Virus record (IMG/VR): IMGVR_UViG_3300035562_000011
Location: 1 to 41,041 of that record
From: a virus
Lineage: Duplodnaviria; Caudoviricetes
Strand: one strand, 5' to 3'
DNA length: 41,041 nucleotides
Position numbers and translations under genes: made by a program. Shown here one piece after another: positions 7,126 through 14,619 of this stretch (the first letter of the stretch is position 1; each line of letters starts with the position of its first letter). The notes beneath the pieces were generated by a model. The model was given only the letters and a program-made list of their open reading frames with translations. It ran no database searches and had not been told where the DNA came from.

Positions 7126-8463
7126 TTATCTCCAGTCTTTAGACGGCTCCTGTTTGCGCTCGTTTTCTGCAAACTGGCGGGCGGCTTCTTCCTGATCGAT
7201 GTTTGTGAAATGCCCGTTGCGCCAGCCCATATAAAACGTTTTTGGTTGGCCTGAGCGATATTTGCCGATAATGATTTCTGCAAGCCCCTTCATGCTGCTG
7301 TTCTTGTTATAAACCTCGTCCCGATAGGGGAAGATAAGTACATCAGCATCTTTCTCGATTGAGCTGGAGCCTGCCAGGTCACTCATGTTCGGGCGCTTAT
7401 CCTGTCGGCCTTCAGCATTGCGGTTGAGCTGTGCCAGGAGGATTACCGGGACTTTATTTCTGAGGCAGAACTGCTTCAGTTTTCTGGTTACGGCCGCAAT
7501 GGAAAGGTCGTACCGATCTGCTTTTGGCAGGTTCATCAGCTCAAGGTAATCAATCGCCAGAAAGCTCAGGCCGCCGTCCATGTTCATGCGCTCGGCATGA
7601 GCGATGCATTCGTCAACGCTGAAAGATCCGTCAATGACATGGTTGTTTTCGTCCAGCAACGTTCCCGTGGCTGCGGTGAGGCGAGTATATTGTTCCTGAA
7701 TCATGCCGAGCGGATTGCGTAAAGCCCCGATAGCTATTCCGGCGCGGTCTGCAACATGGCGCTCAACAACCTGCATGTCGGACATTTCCATTGAAACCAA
7801 TAATCCGGTCCCTTTCTGCCGCCCAATCGAGTTAGCGATATTGATTGCCAGCTCAGTTTTACCCATACCAGGGCGACCAGCGATTACGATCAGATCTGTT
7901 CTGTCAAAGCCGCCATACTCGTCATCCATCGCCTGAATACCGGTTTTCAGATACAGGCCAGATTCCTCGCCCTGCATGCGGTTTTCCAGCACAACCATGT
8001 AATCATCAAGTAAGTCACCAATGCGGCGCGGTAGTTTATCGTTGGTTTCAAACTGAAGCCTGCCAACGATGCCGCTCACTTCAGCAATGCGGTCGTTGAT
8101 GTCGTGCGTACCAGCTTCGCGAAGCAACGAGGCGGCATGAATCAATTCTTCCTCACCCTTGCGTAGCATCCAGCATTGACGAACACGCTTGGCCCAGCCA
8201 CGGATATTTGCTGCGGATTTACAGCGTCCGGCCACTTCCAGAACGTAGTGCTTTGTGTCATCTGGAACAGCGGCTTGAACAGTAAAAATGTCCAGTGGCT
8301 CGGCCTTGTTCAGCAGGGCTATGATCACCTTGTACATCGTGCGGAGGTGGTAATTATCAAAAGCTTCAGCAGGTAGCTTACCGATGACATCACGGCATTC
8401 GATGTGATCGCCCTGAATCATCATTGCCCCAACCAGTTGTTCTTCAAAATCGTAGCTGTCCAT
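7126..8463 (-). CDS. DnaB-like replicative helicase (P22 gp12-like)
   Basis: Walker A AGRPGMGKT, SMEM, IDYL, LAQLNR, IEKDAD motifs. Confidence 0.96.
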   Translation of the reverse strand: MDSYDFEEQLVGAMMIQGDHIECRDVIGKLPAEAFDNYHLRTMYKVIIALLNKAEPLDIFTVQAAVPDDTKHYVLEVAGRCKSAANIRGWAKRVRQCWMLRKGEEELIHAASLLREAGTHDINDRIAEVSGIVGRLQFETNDKLPRRIGDLLDDYMVVLENRMQGEESGLYLKTGIQAMDDEYGGFDRTDLIVIAGRPGMGKTELAINIANSIGRQKGTGLLVSMEMSDMQVVERHVADRAGIAIGALRNPLGMIQEQYTRLTAATGTLLDENNHVIDGSFSVDECIAHAERMNMDGGLSFLAIDYLELMNLPKADRYDLSIAAVTRKLKQFCLRNKVPVILLAQLNRNAEGRQDKRPNMSDLAGSSSIEKDADVLIFPYRDEVYNKNSSMKGLAEIIIGKYRSGQPKTFYMGWRNGHFTNIDQEEAARQFAENERKQEPSKDWR

Positions 8464-9431
8464 CAGGTGCTTTCTCCCAGAATCTGATCAATCTTTTCCT
8501 GCCGTAGTGCGGTATCGATGCCGAACTTTTTCCCTTCAGGATTAGCGCCGCATGCCCACGGTGTGGGCTTGTAGCCGTGTTCAAGGTAGCCGTTCAGGAA
8601 TGCGTCGATATCTTTCGGAGTGGTGCCCAGCTCTTTGCACTGCTTCAAGTAGGATTTCCAGAGACGCTTCAGGCCGTTTTCGGTGGTGGTGGTGACGCTA
8701 CGGATTTTTGGTAGCCCGAATGTTTCGGCTTTGCAGTTCCAGGTGTTCTTCAGGCGTTCACGGTCAAACGGTGGGATTTCAGATCGTGGGTTAGTGCCTT
8801 TGGCTCTTGGGTTTGTTCCTGCCTGACGGGGTGTTAATTTTTCATTGCCAGGCATTCCCACATCGTGGGTTAGGGTATGTTTTATATTCTTACTAACTAA
8901 CGTCTTACTCTGTTCGACCTCGTTAGTTACCAGCTTTGTTACCTCAACAGGCTCGTAGTCCGCGCCACCACTGGGTTTGTTTGTTACCTCATTGGTTACC
9001 AGCTTTGTTACCCCAAAATCGCCCTGATAATCAGCATGATTTATGACCGTTATCACAGTTCCATGGCGGTTTCCCGCGAAGGTGATCATCTTCTCCCTGG
9101 CGAAAAATTCCAGCATGTCACGAACCTGTTTAGGTGTTTTTTCTACTCCCTTTGGGTCTTTGAGTTTCCGTGCAAGTATCGCTATTTGCGTAACACATTG
9201 CCCGGCAGACAAATCCCATTCAACACCATCAAAATCAACCTTGCGCGGCCTGTGCTGCGCCATGCCAAGTATTCTCACCCACAAGGATAACTTTGCGTAG
9301 TCAGTGGCCCACTCAGCAGTAAGGACGCTTCTGAACAGCGCAAAATGCCCCTGTTTTTGGTTATCCATCCGCGAACTCCCGGAAGAGTTGCCTCCCCTGA
9401 ATCTGTCTGTTGCGTATGCGACGTTACTCAT
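8463..9431 (-). CDS. Replication initiator (O/gp18-like)
   Basis: Upstream of the helicase; MSNVAY start; internal iteron-encoded repeats VTKLVTNEV. Confidence 0.85.
   Translation of the reverse strand: MSNVAYATDRFRGGNSSGSSRMDNQKQGHFALFRSVLTAEWATDYAKLSLWVRILGMAQHRPRKVDFDGVEWDLSAGQCVTQIAILARKLKDPKGVEKTPKQVRDMLEFFAREKMITFAGNRHGTVITVINHADYQGDFGVTKLVTNEVTNKPSGGADYEPVEVTKLVTNEVEQSKTLVSKNIKHTLTHDVGMPGNEKLTPRQAGTNPRAKGTNPRSEIPPFDRERLKNTWNCKAETFGLPKIRSVTTTTENGLKRLWKSYLKQCKELGTTPKDIDAFLNGYLEHGYKPTPWACGANPEGKKFGIDTALRQEKIDQILGEST
8881..9013. repeat. Replication origin: GGTAAC(A/C/T)AA iterons at 12-bp spacing plus AT-rich tract
   Basis: Five GTTACC copies in two blocks (about 8919-8945 and 8981-9013) next to AT-rich 8881-8900. 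Confidence 0.8.
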
Positions 9432-9570
9432 GAGGCTTCTCCTGTTTCCGCTTGTTCTCTTCCAGCATTGCCCGGAGAGCCTCACACCCTTTCTGGCTTA
9501 CCGCGCGCAGACATTTGTCACGCTCGATATTTTTATGAATGCCAGCCTGATAAAACCGCTGTTTTTTCAT
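9424..9570 (-). CDS. P22 orf48/DUF2740-like small protein (48 aa, absent from the ORF track)
   Basis: MKKQRFYQAGIHKNIERDKCLRAVSQKGCEALRAMLEENKRKQEKPHE; GGAGG RBS; just before the initiator. Confidence 0.65.
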   Translation of the reverse strand: MKKQRFYQAGIHKNIERDKCLRAVSQKGCEALRAMLEENKRKQEKPHE

Positions 9571-9974
9571 TCTGAATCCTCCACTTCGTAATCAGTGAAG
9601 TAACCTTTTGACATGGCAATGAATCGCGCCTCTGTCACTGTGTACGCCTTTCTTCCTGCCCGAACATTTCCATCAGGCGTAATCATGGTGCAGCTGTAGA
9701 TGATTCTGCGTTGCCAGTTGCCAGGCATTTCAGCAATGGCTAGCACCTCAAGGATTCTCTTTCCATTAGCATCAGCTGTGTAGAACGCCTGATCGCCGTA
9801 ACCACAATCGGCTGGCTCAAAATTCTTATGGCAGCCACCAATCCAGCGCTCATCGGTGACTACATCGCCGTTGTATGACTGGTAGTCTGTGCAGATAAAG
9901 CGAAATGGATAAACGGTTTCAAACTTATCCCCGGCCCGGAGATCGATGTTTACTTGTTTGGTTTGTCCTGGCAT
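9567..9974 (-). CDS. Hypothetical protein (135 aa)
   Basis: AGGAG RBS; coupled to the downstream gene. Confidence 0.75.
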   Translation of the reverse strand: MPGQTKQVNIDLRAGDKFETVYPFRFICTDYQSYNGDVVTDERWIGGCHKNFEPADCGYGDQAFYTADANGKRILEVLAIAEMPGNWQRRIIYSCTMITPDGNVRAGRKAYTVTEARFIAMSKGYFTDYEVEDSE

Positions 9975-10007
9975 AATTACTCCTGTGAATTGATCCAGTT
10001 ATTCGCA

Positions 10008-10286
10008 CTAAGCGCTGAAGTGTTCCAAGCACTCCGGCGCTTTTTCTTTTGTCAGCAGCCTGGCCACATGCTTAGCCAGATCAGCTAACTCCTCGTCTTC
10101 CACTCCCCACTCCAGAACTGCCAACAGCATCGACATGCGCGGCAACAGCGATTCCTTCCAGCGGGTGATTTGCGACTTGTCCACGCCGATTAACTCAGCG
10201 ACGTTCGCAACACCACGAATTGCAATCTTGCTCAATAACTTGCTTTCAATTGCACGGGCTTTATTGCGTGTTGTTGTAGTGTCCAT
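10008..10286 (-). CDS. cII: CII transcriptional activator
   Basis: RNKARAIES.LL.KIA..G...VA..IGVDKSQITRWK...LP..SMLLAVLEWGV, lambda CII-like. Confidence 0.93.
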   Translation of the reverse strand: MDTTTTRNKARAIESKLLSKIAIRGVANVAELIGVDKSQITRWKESLLPRMSMLLAVLEWGVEDEELADLAKHVARLLTKEKAPECLEHFSA

Positions 10287-10296
10287 TTCGTATGAT
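10264..10296 (+). promoter_or_regulatory. pRE, CII-dependent promoter
   Basis: TTGC-N6-TTGT, 13 nt, TATGAT, overlapping the cII start as in lambda. Confidence 0.75.
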
Positions 10297-10356
10297 TTCC
10301 ATATGTTGAATAAGTCGTTACGTGTGCATACCTTGGGGTATGCCACTTGAATTGGT

Positions 10357-10395
10357 TCCCTGGTGTTCCGAGGGAGGTCAGATTGATAAAGAGCG
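10357..10395 (-). promoter_or_regulatory. nutR (boxA CGCTCTTTA plus putative boxB hairpin)
   Basis: boxA just downstream of cro, followed by a CCCT..AGGG hairpin. Confidence 0.6.
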
Positions 10396-10402
10396 GTAGT
10401 GC

Positions 10403-10630
10403 TTATGCTGCCTGTGTCGGATGAGGGAAAAGCCCAGGCAAATCCGGACGGATTTCGTAGGCCTTAACCTCACCGTTTGTTGCCGTAACCACCCGAACAA
10501 CCTGCTCCGGTGCTACTTTCGCCTTGTTGTGTAGCCACTTGTAGACAGCTTGTTGAGATACTCCGCAAGCTGAACCAAGTTTCTGTTGCGAGCCAACTAA
10601 GGCAATGGCGGTTTTAATTGCGATGTTCAT
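10403..10630 (-). CDS. cro: Cro/YdaS-family repressor
   Basis: GSQQKLG.ACGVSQQAVYKW...EIRPDLP; divergent from cI; GGAGG RBS. Confidence 0.92.
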   Translation of the reverse strand: MNIAIKTAIALVGSQQKLGSACGVSQQAVYKWLHNKAKVAPEQVVRVVTATNGEVKAYEIRPDLPGLFPHPTQAA

Positions 10631-10631
10631 A

Positions 10632-10728
10632 ACAACCTCCATTGTTAATAAATACCAGTATAAAACTATAGTTGTTTATTTGGCAACAACTATGTTCGTT
10701 TGATTGCTAACAACTGAAGTTGTAAATT
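10632..10728. promoter_or_regulatory. OR region: operators ACAAC-N4-GTTGT at 10662, 10686 and 10710 (weaker at 10632); pR TTGCCA-18-TATACT on minus; pRM TTGATT-17-TAAATT on plus
   Basis: 14-bp palindromes at 24-bp period; same motif at OL. Confidence 0.82.
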
Positions 10729-10734
10729 ATGGAT

Positions 10735-11439
10735 ATGAAAAACACACTCGCCGAAAGGCTAAAAATGGCACGGCTTCAGGCTGGATTGTCCCAAAAGAAT
10801 TTGGGTGAAAAGGTTGGGATAAGTCAGGCTGCTATACAGAAAATTGAAAATGGTTCTGCGAAAACCTCAACCAGGCTCATAGAGATCGCTGGAGTTCTTG
10901 GTGTGCGCCCTGAGTGGCTGTCAGAAGAGCGCGGCCCCATGAGAACAGCAATGGCAGAAAGCTCCATTCCTTCAGAGAAAGAATGGGCCAAAGTCGATGC
11001 CTGGGACAGCAATACACCATTATCAGATGACGAGGTAGAGGTGCCATTTCTTAAGGATATAGAGCTTGCGGCTGGAGATGGAAGCTTTTGTGATGAAGAT
11101 TACAACGGTTACAAAATCCGTTTTTCTAAAGCCACCTTACGCCGCGTTGGTGCACAGGCCGAAAATGTTGTTTGCTTTCCCGCACGAGGAAAAAGCATGG
11201 AACCAGTCATTCCTGATGGGACCACGGTCGCGATTGATTGTGCAAATAAAAAAATAAATGACGGCGATCTATACGCAATAGCCACGGAAGGGATGAAGCG
11301 TATTAAACAGCTTTACCGTCGCCCTGGTGGTGTCATTGTGATCCGCAGCTTTAATCGTGATGAGTACAAAGACGAAGAAGTGCTAGAGCCAGACCTTGAA
11401 ATTATTGGTCGGATGTTCTGGAGTTCAACTCTTTGGTGA
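10735..11439 (+). CDS. cI: CI repressor (HTH plus S24 autopeptidase); alternative start at 10729
   Basis: N-terminal HTH, LAAG.G cleavage site, G.SMEP serine motif, IKQL lysine motif. Confidence 0.96.
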   Translation: MKNTLAERLKMARLQAGLSQKNLGEKVGISQAAIQKIENGSAKTSTRLIEIAGVLGVRPEWLSEERGPMRTAMAESSIPSEKEWAKVDAWDSNTPLSDDEVEVPFLKDIELAAGDGSFCDEDYNGYKIRFSKATLRRVGAQAENVVCFPARGKSMEPVIPDGTTVAIDCANKKINDGDLYAIATEGMKRIKQLYRRPGGVIVIRSFNRDEYKDEEVLEPDLEIIGRMFWSSTLW

Positions 11440-11516
11440 GTATGGCTTCGAGCGGATGGGTTTTCTGACTTGATCATATTTCCTGGAAAAAAATTAGTTA
11501 TAAATAGGGTATTTAC

Positions 11517-11837
11517 ATGAACAAGATAATGCTCAGCTCCATGATATTACTAACAACTTTACTCTCTGGTTGTGCTACTGATATGTCTGAACGTGCATCG
11601 CATGTTCAGATCATCGATCAGACACAAGCAAATCAGTACCAATTTGTTGCCAACGTAACGGGAACCTCATCACTTACTGGTGTAAGTCGACAAACTGGAT
11701 ACCAAAATGCCATCAATGAAGCGTTGGATAAGGCTGCTGAATCTGGGGCTCAGTATGTTGTTATAGACCCGAAAAGTTCCCCTTCCTACTGGGCAACCAG
11801 CCAAGTAGTTCGCGCTACAGCCTATAAAAATAAATAA
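11517..11837 (+). CDS. Lipoprotein moron downstream of cI (DUF4156/RcsF-like fold suspected)
   Basis: Lipobox LLSGC; A.NEALDKAAESGA.YVVI motif; followed by a terminator. Confidence 0.75.
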   Translation: MNKIMLSSMILLTTLLSGCATDMSERASHVQIIDQTQANQYQFVANVTGTSSLTGVSRQTGYQNAINEALDKAAESGAQYVVIDPKSSPSYWATSQVVRATAYKNK

Positions 11838-11871
11838 ATATTTAAATACACTAAAGTAAAATGGACCATAT

Positions 11872-11898
11872 CCCGGCCACTGAGCCGGGTTTTTGTTT
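11872..11898 (+). terminator. Rho-independent terminator of the cI-lipoprotein unit
   Basis: CCCGGC-CACTGA-GCCGGG followed by TTTTTGTTT. Confidence 0.8.
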
Positions 11899-11906
11899 CC
11901 TTCCCG

Positions 11907-12086
11907 CTATTTCTTCAATTCCATTAGTAGCTTCCTAAGCTCGCACCACGCAATCATGATCGATACTGAAAAGAAGCCGTAGCACAGGAACGCAATGAAT
12001 GGCGAGTCTCCGCCCACATCCATCTTCGCGCTTGCTCCTAACAACATCACACCAAAAATAAACAGTATCGCCTTAATGTATTTCAT
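11907..12086 (-). CDS. Small two-TM membrane protein (59 aa, absent from the ORF track)
   Basis: GGGAG RBS; MKYIKAILFIFGVMLLGASAKMDVGGDSPFIAFLCYGFFSVSIMIAWCELRKLLMELKK. Confidence 0.6.
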   Translation of the reverse strand: MKYIKAILFIFGVMLLGASAKMDVGGDSPFIAFLCYGFFSVSIMIAWCELRKLLMELKK

Positions 12087-12189
12087 CTCAATCTCCCTTC
12101 ATAACCTTTCCAGAACCCTACCACACAGCCTCATAGATGGCATTTACAAAAATAAATTCACTATTAAAAACAACCACAAGACATTAAAA

Positions 12190-12253
12190 ACAACTAAAAT
12201 AATCACAACAAACAACAATGGTTGTTGACTACAAAACAACTATAGTTTTTAAT
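12190..12253 (+). promoter_or_regulatory. OL operators (12212, 12236) and pL (TTGACT-17-TTTAAT)
   Basis: ACAACAATGGTTGT and ACAACTATAGTTTT match the OR consensus. Confidence 0.82.
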
Positions 12254-12299
12254 TGATTCATCAGCAGGACGCTGAACTGCAACAAGGAACTGAGTTGCT

Positions 12300-12335
12300 G
12301 GCTCTTTAAAAATTTAGCCCTGTGAATACACAGGC
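12300..12335 (+). promoter_or_regulatory. nutL (boxA GGCTCTTTAA, boxB CCTGTG-AATA-CACAGG)
   Basis: Between pL and N. Confidence 0.75.
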
Positions 12336-12342
12336 CAGAACA

Positions 12343-12538
12343 TGAGTGTTTTGGGATTGGATGAATGCGCAGGCTGATGCGCGAAGCGTGATGGTGACCG
12401 GGTTCCTAGGCCGGGTGAACAGATCGTGAATATGTAAGCTCAACTGGTAGAGCTCCCGTCAAAGTCGGGGTGAGCTGGTTCGAATCCAGAGATATATGCC
12501 GAAGATCAGCACCGGCCATCCAATCACCAAAGCACTCA
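12343..12538 (+). ncRNA. Structured N-leader RNA: long closing helix, C4-like kissing loops, nested tRNA-like element
   Basis: TGAGTGTTTTGGGATTGGATG pairs with CATCCAATCACCAAAGCACTCA; loops GCTGAT and ATCAGC are complementary. Confidence 0.6.
12430..12497 (+). pseudogene. Degenerate tRNA-like element
   Basis: D-arm GCTC-AACTGGTA-GAGC and T-arm CTGG-TTCGAAT-CCAG; atypical acceptor stem and anticodon loop (TCAAAGT). Confidence 0.5.
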
Positions 12539-12551
12539 CTGAGGAATACCC

Positions 12552-12815
12552 ATGAACAGAAATCAACGCCGCATGGCTGAGTACAACGCCAGAAAAGCTG
12601 CTCAGCAGATTGATGCAGGTAACTACGCGGGAAAGATTAACCGGGCATTTGCAAAGCTTTCTGGTGAAGGTTCAGAGCGTATTTGTAAGGCTCTCAGCTT
12701 ACCGGGCTTACGTCAGCCTAAAGAAGAGAATGGCAGCGCTTGTTTGCCGCAGGTTGCAATCTTCCACGCAGGTCATCGCACAGTCCGCAAAGAAGCGGTG
12801 CATATCGTTAAGTGA
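12552..12815 (+). CDS. N: Early antiterminator N (P22 gp24-like)
   Basis: Arg-rich N-terminus, CLPQVAIF.AGHR C-terminus, first gene after pL/nutL. Confidence 0.85.
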   Translation: MNRNQRRMAEYNARKAAQQIDAGNYAGKINRAFAKLSGEGSERICKALSLPGLRQPKEENGSACLPQVAIFHAGHRTVRKEAVHIVK

Positions 12816-12822
12816 GGAATGC

Positions 12823-12996
12823 ATGAAAACAATTCGAGTAACCATTGAAACTGCATGGGTTGGCGCTAACGAAACTGTATACATCGAGGTGGAGAATGAC
12901 GCAACCGAAGAGGAAATAGCTGATGCTGCGCACGAAGAGTTTTTAAATTATTGCTCGTACGGATATAGCGAATTAGGACAAGACGAAGAATATTAA
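12823..12996 (+). CDS. Small acidic hypothetical protein (57 aa)
   Basis: GAGG RBS then MKTIRVTIE...; distal part of the 12610 ORF. Confidence 0.7.
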   Translation: MKTIRVTIETAWVGANETVYIEVENDATEEEIADAAHEEFLNYCSYGYSELGQDEEY

Positions 12997-12998
12997 CA

Positions 12999-13023
12999 GG
13001 CTGCCACCAGGCGGCTTTTTTTT
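12999..13023 (+). terminator. tL1-like terminator
   Basis: GGCTGCC-ACCA-GGCGGCT followed by a T run. Confidence 0.8.
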
Positions 13024-13040
13024 ATGCAGAGGAGTGAGTG

Positions 13041-13352
13041 ATGAGTGAGTTCAAAGGGACGCCAGGCCCTTGGAAATGGTGGACAAGCAATAGCTTTCTG
13101 CGATTAAGCGGCGCAGATGGCAAGGATGGCGGAGTTATCTGCCCTACCGTCAGCAGTAGTGACAGGCATCCGGATTTGATTGTTAGTCCCGCAGATATGG
13201 CGCTGATTGAAGCAGCACCTGACCTTCTCGAAGCTCTGCAAGGTGCTCTCTACCGTCTTGATTTGCTCATATCTACCGGGCAAGAGGTTTATCTGGACGT
13301 TTTAACCCGCGACAAAGCAAGAGCGGCTATCAGCAAGGCTACAGGAGAATAG
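13041..13352 (+). CDS. Hypothetical protein
   Basis: GAGGAG RBS; TPGPW...LIEAAPDLLEAL...ARAAISKA pattern common in phage early regions. Confidence 0.8.
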   Translation: MSEFKGTPGPWKWWTSNSFLRLSGADGKDGGVICPTVSSSDRHPDLIVSPADMALIEAAPDLLEALQGALYRLDLLISTGQEVYLDVLTRDKARAAISKATGE

Positions 13353-13354
13353 AG

Positions 13355-13594
13355 ATGAGCGTTCAAAGCTATGAGCAAGCTTTCCCCACTCACGATGATA
13401 ATTACGACTCTAAATACTCCGGACCCGGTATGACGCTACGTGATTACTTCGCAGCAAAGGCGATGCAAGCGATTATTCGCCGATACGACGGATACAGCTT
13501 TGGTGGAGGGGCTGAATCACCACAATACAAAGAGCTGGCCAGCGATGCTTATTTTATTGCTGACGCAATGCTCAAAGCTCGCGCAGGAGAATAG
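13355..13594 (+). CDS. Hypothetical protein (GMTLRDYFAAKAMQ family)
   Basis: Widespread phage motif GMTLRDYFAAKAMQ...AY.IADAML.AR; AGGAG RBS. Confidence 0.82.
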   Translation: MSVQSYEQAFPTHDDNYDSKYSGPGMTLRDYFAAKAMQAIIRRYDGYSFGGGAESPQYKELASDAYFIADAMLKARAGE

Positions 13595-13596
13595 AT

Positions 13597-13797
13597 ATGG
13601 GACGTAAATTTAAAGTTTGGCTTGATTCAGGGGCGAATGCCTTTTCCAGCTATGAGCAGGAAATCGACATTGAAGAAGACCTGAATATTACTTCAAACGA
13701 ATGGGACGCAATGCCTGAAAAAGAACGCGGGGAGGTCATGGAGGAAATTGCATGGGAGCGAATGGAATGGGGATTCGAAGAAATAACTGACGAGTAA
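13597..13797 (+). CDS. Small acidic hypothetical protein (66 aa)
   Basis: AGGAG RBS; E/D-rich. Confidence 0.78.
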   Translation: MGRKFKVWLDSGANAFSSYEQEIDIEEDLNITSNEWDAMPEKERGEVMEEIAWERMEWGFEEITDE

Positions 13798-13852
13798 CTT
13801 CCGCATCAGCTTTCACTGATAGCTGATTCTGAAACACCCTCGTTGTCCCTAT

Positions 13853-13877
13853 TGCCGCTTAATTGCGGCATTTTTTT
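13853..13877 (+). terminator. Rho-independent terminator
   Basis: TGCCGC-TTAATT-GCGGCA followed by T7. Confidence 0.75.
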
Positions 13878-13891
13878 AACTGGAGAAAAGT

Positions 13892-14275
13892 ATGGCGAAC
13901 ATAAAGCGCTACGAAATTGATTACGACTGGAAGGCGAATGTCACCGTTGAAATTGACCATGACATTGTCACTGAGGAGGCGCTGCACGAACTGAACAACT
14001 TCTGGAGCAATGCTGAATATCGGGTCATGCAACATGACAGTGTACTTAATGCAGTACTGAAAATGCTGGCGCGGGAAATCATCCAAATTCAATTCACTGC
14101 CGGTTACACCACTGATTATCTGATTAAGCAGTTCGATTGGGATTCAGGCAATGGACAGGAAGGATGCCCCCCGATGGATGGTAGCCAAGGAATAAAAATC
14201 ATCGATACCGAAGATTTAGAACTCGATTACGACGATATGTCGATAAAAGAGAAAGTCATCCCACACGCCGCCTAA
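13892..14275 (+). CDS. DUF2528-like protein
   Basis: IDYDWKA.V.VEIDH...LHE.NNFWS and GQEG.PPMDGS.GI motifs; GGAG RBS. Confidence 0.72.
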   Translation: MANIKRYEIDYDWKANVTVEIDHDIVTEEALHELNNFWSNAEYRVMQHDSVLNAVLKMLAREIIQIQFTAGYTTDYLIKQFDWDSGNGQEGCPPMDGSQGIKIIDTEDLELDYDDMSIKEKVIPHAA

Positions 14276-14288
14276 TCGCGGCTTTTTT
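14267..14288 (+). terminator. Rho-independent terminator
   Basis: GCCGC-CTAATC-GCGGC followed by T6. Confidence 0.72.
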
Positions 14289-14350
14289 ATTGCGTCCATT
14301 CCTGAGCTAAAGGCTGATGAATGAACACAAGCCTAACAAAGGAATTTCCC

Positions 14351-14479
14351 ATGATGCAACTAAGCCTCGCGGGAAGTGGCGTCATGTCCGCTTTCTATCC
14401 CGCTGAATCCGAATTATCTAAGCGCGTTCGTCGACTTATTCGTGCGGCTCGTAAATCTCTGGAGGCCTTATGTCACTAA
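14351..14479 (+). CDS. cIII: CIII FtsH inhibitor (42 aa, absent from the ORF track)
   Basis: MMQLSLAGSGVMSAFYPAESELSKRVRRLIRAARKSLEALCH matches recalled P22-type c3. Confidence 0.88.
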   Translation: MMQLSLAGSGVMSAFYPAESELSKRVRRLIRAARKSLEALCH

Positions 14480-14619
14480 GCATTAATCACAACAAACTCA
14501 AGGCAGCGCAAAGCAAGGCAGTTATTGCTCGCTATCTGGGTGACAGTCGCATGTGGGCGCAGGCCAATGCTGAGATGAAATTAGCAATTAACTTACCGTG
14601 GTATCGGAGGGGTCAATGA
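14470..14619 (+). CDS. kil: Kil cell-division inhibitor (49 aa, absent from the ORF track)
   Basis: L.AAQSK..IA.YLGD..MW..A motif; GGAGG RBS; overlaps the cIII end. Confidence 0.85.
   Translation: MSLSINHNKLKAAQSKAVIARYLGDSRMWAQANAEMKLAINLPWYRRGQ

Noticed and set aside
8919-9013. CRISPR-like or VNTR repeats
   Set aside because: Short 12-bp-period repeats inside the initiator gene next to an AT tract are ori iterons; no CRISPR array seen in the window
11995-12228. 77-aa plus-strand ORF
   Set aside because: Runs through OL operators, low-complexity N/K/T tail, antisense to the RBS-supported membrane ORF
12430-12497. Functional tRNA-Phe(AAA)
   Set aside because: No U8, no U33, missing spacer bases, weak acceptor stem, no CCA; kept only as tRNA-like
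12610-12822. N-terminal extension of the 128-aa ORF
   Set aside because: Overlaps N out of frame; the RBS supports a start at 12823
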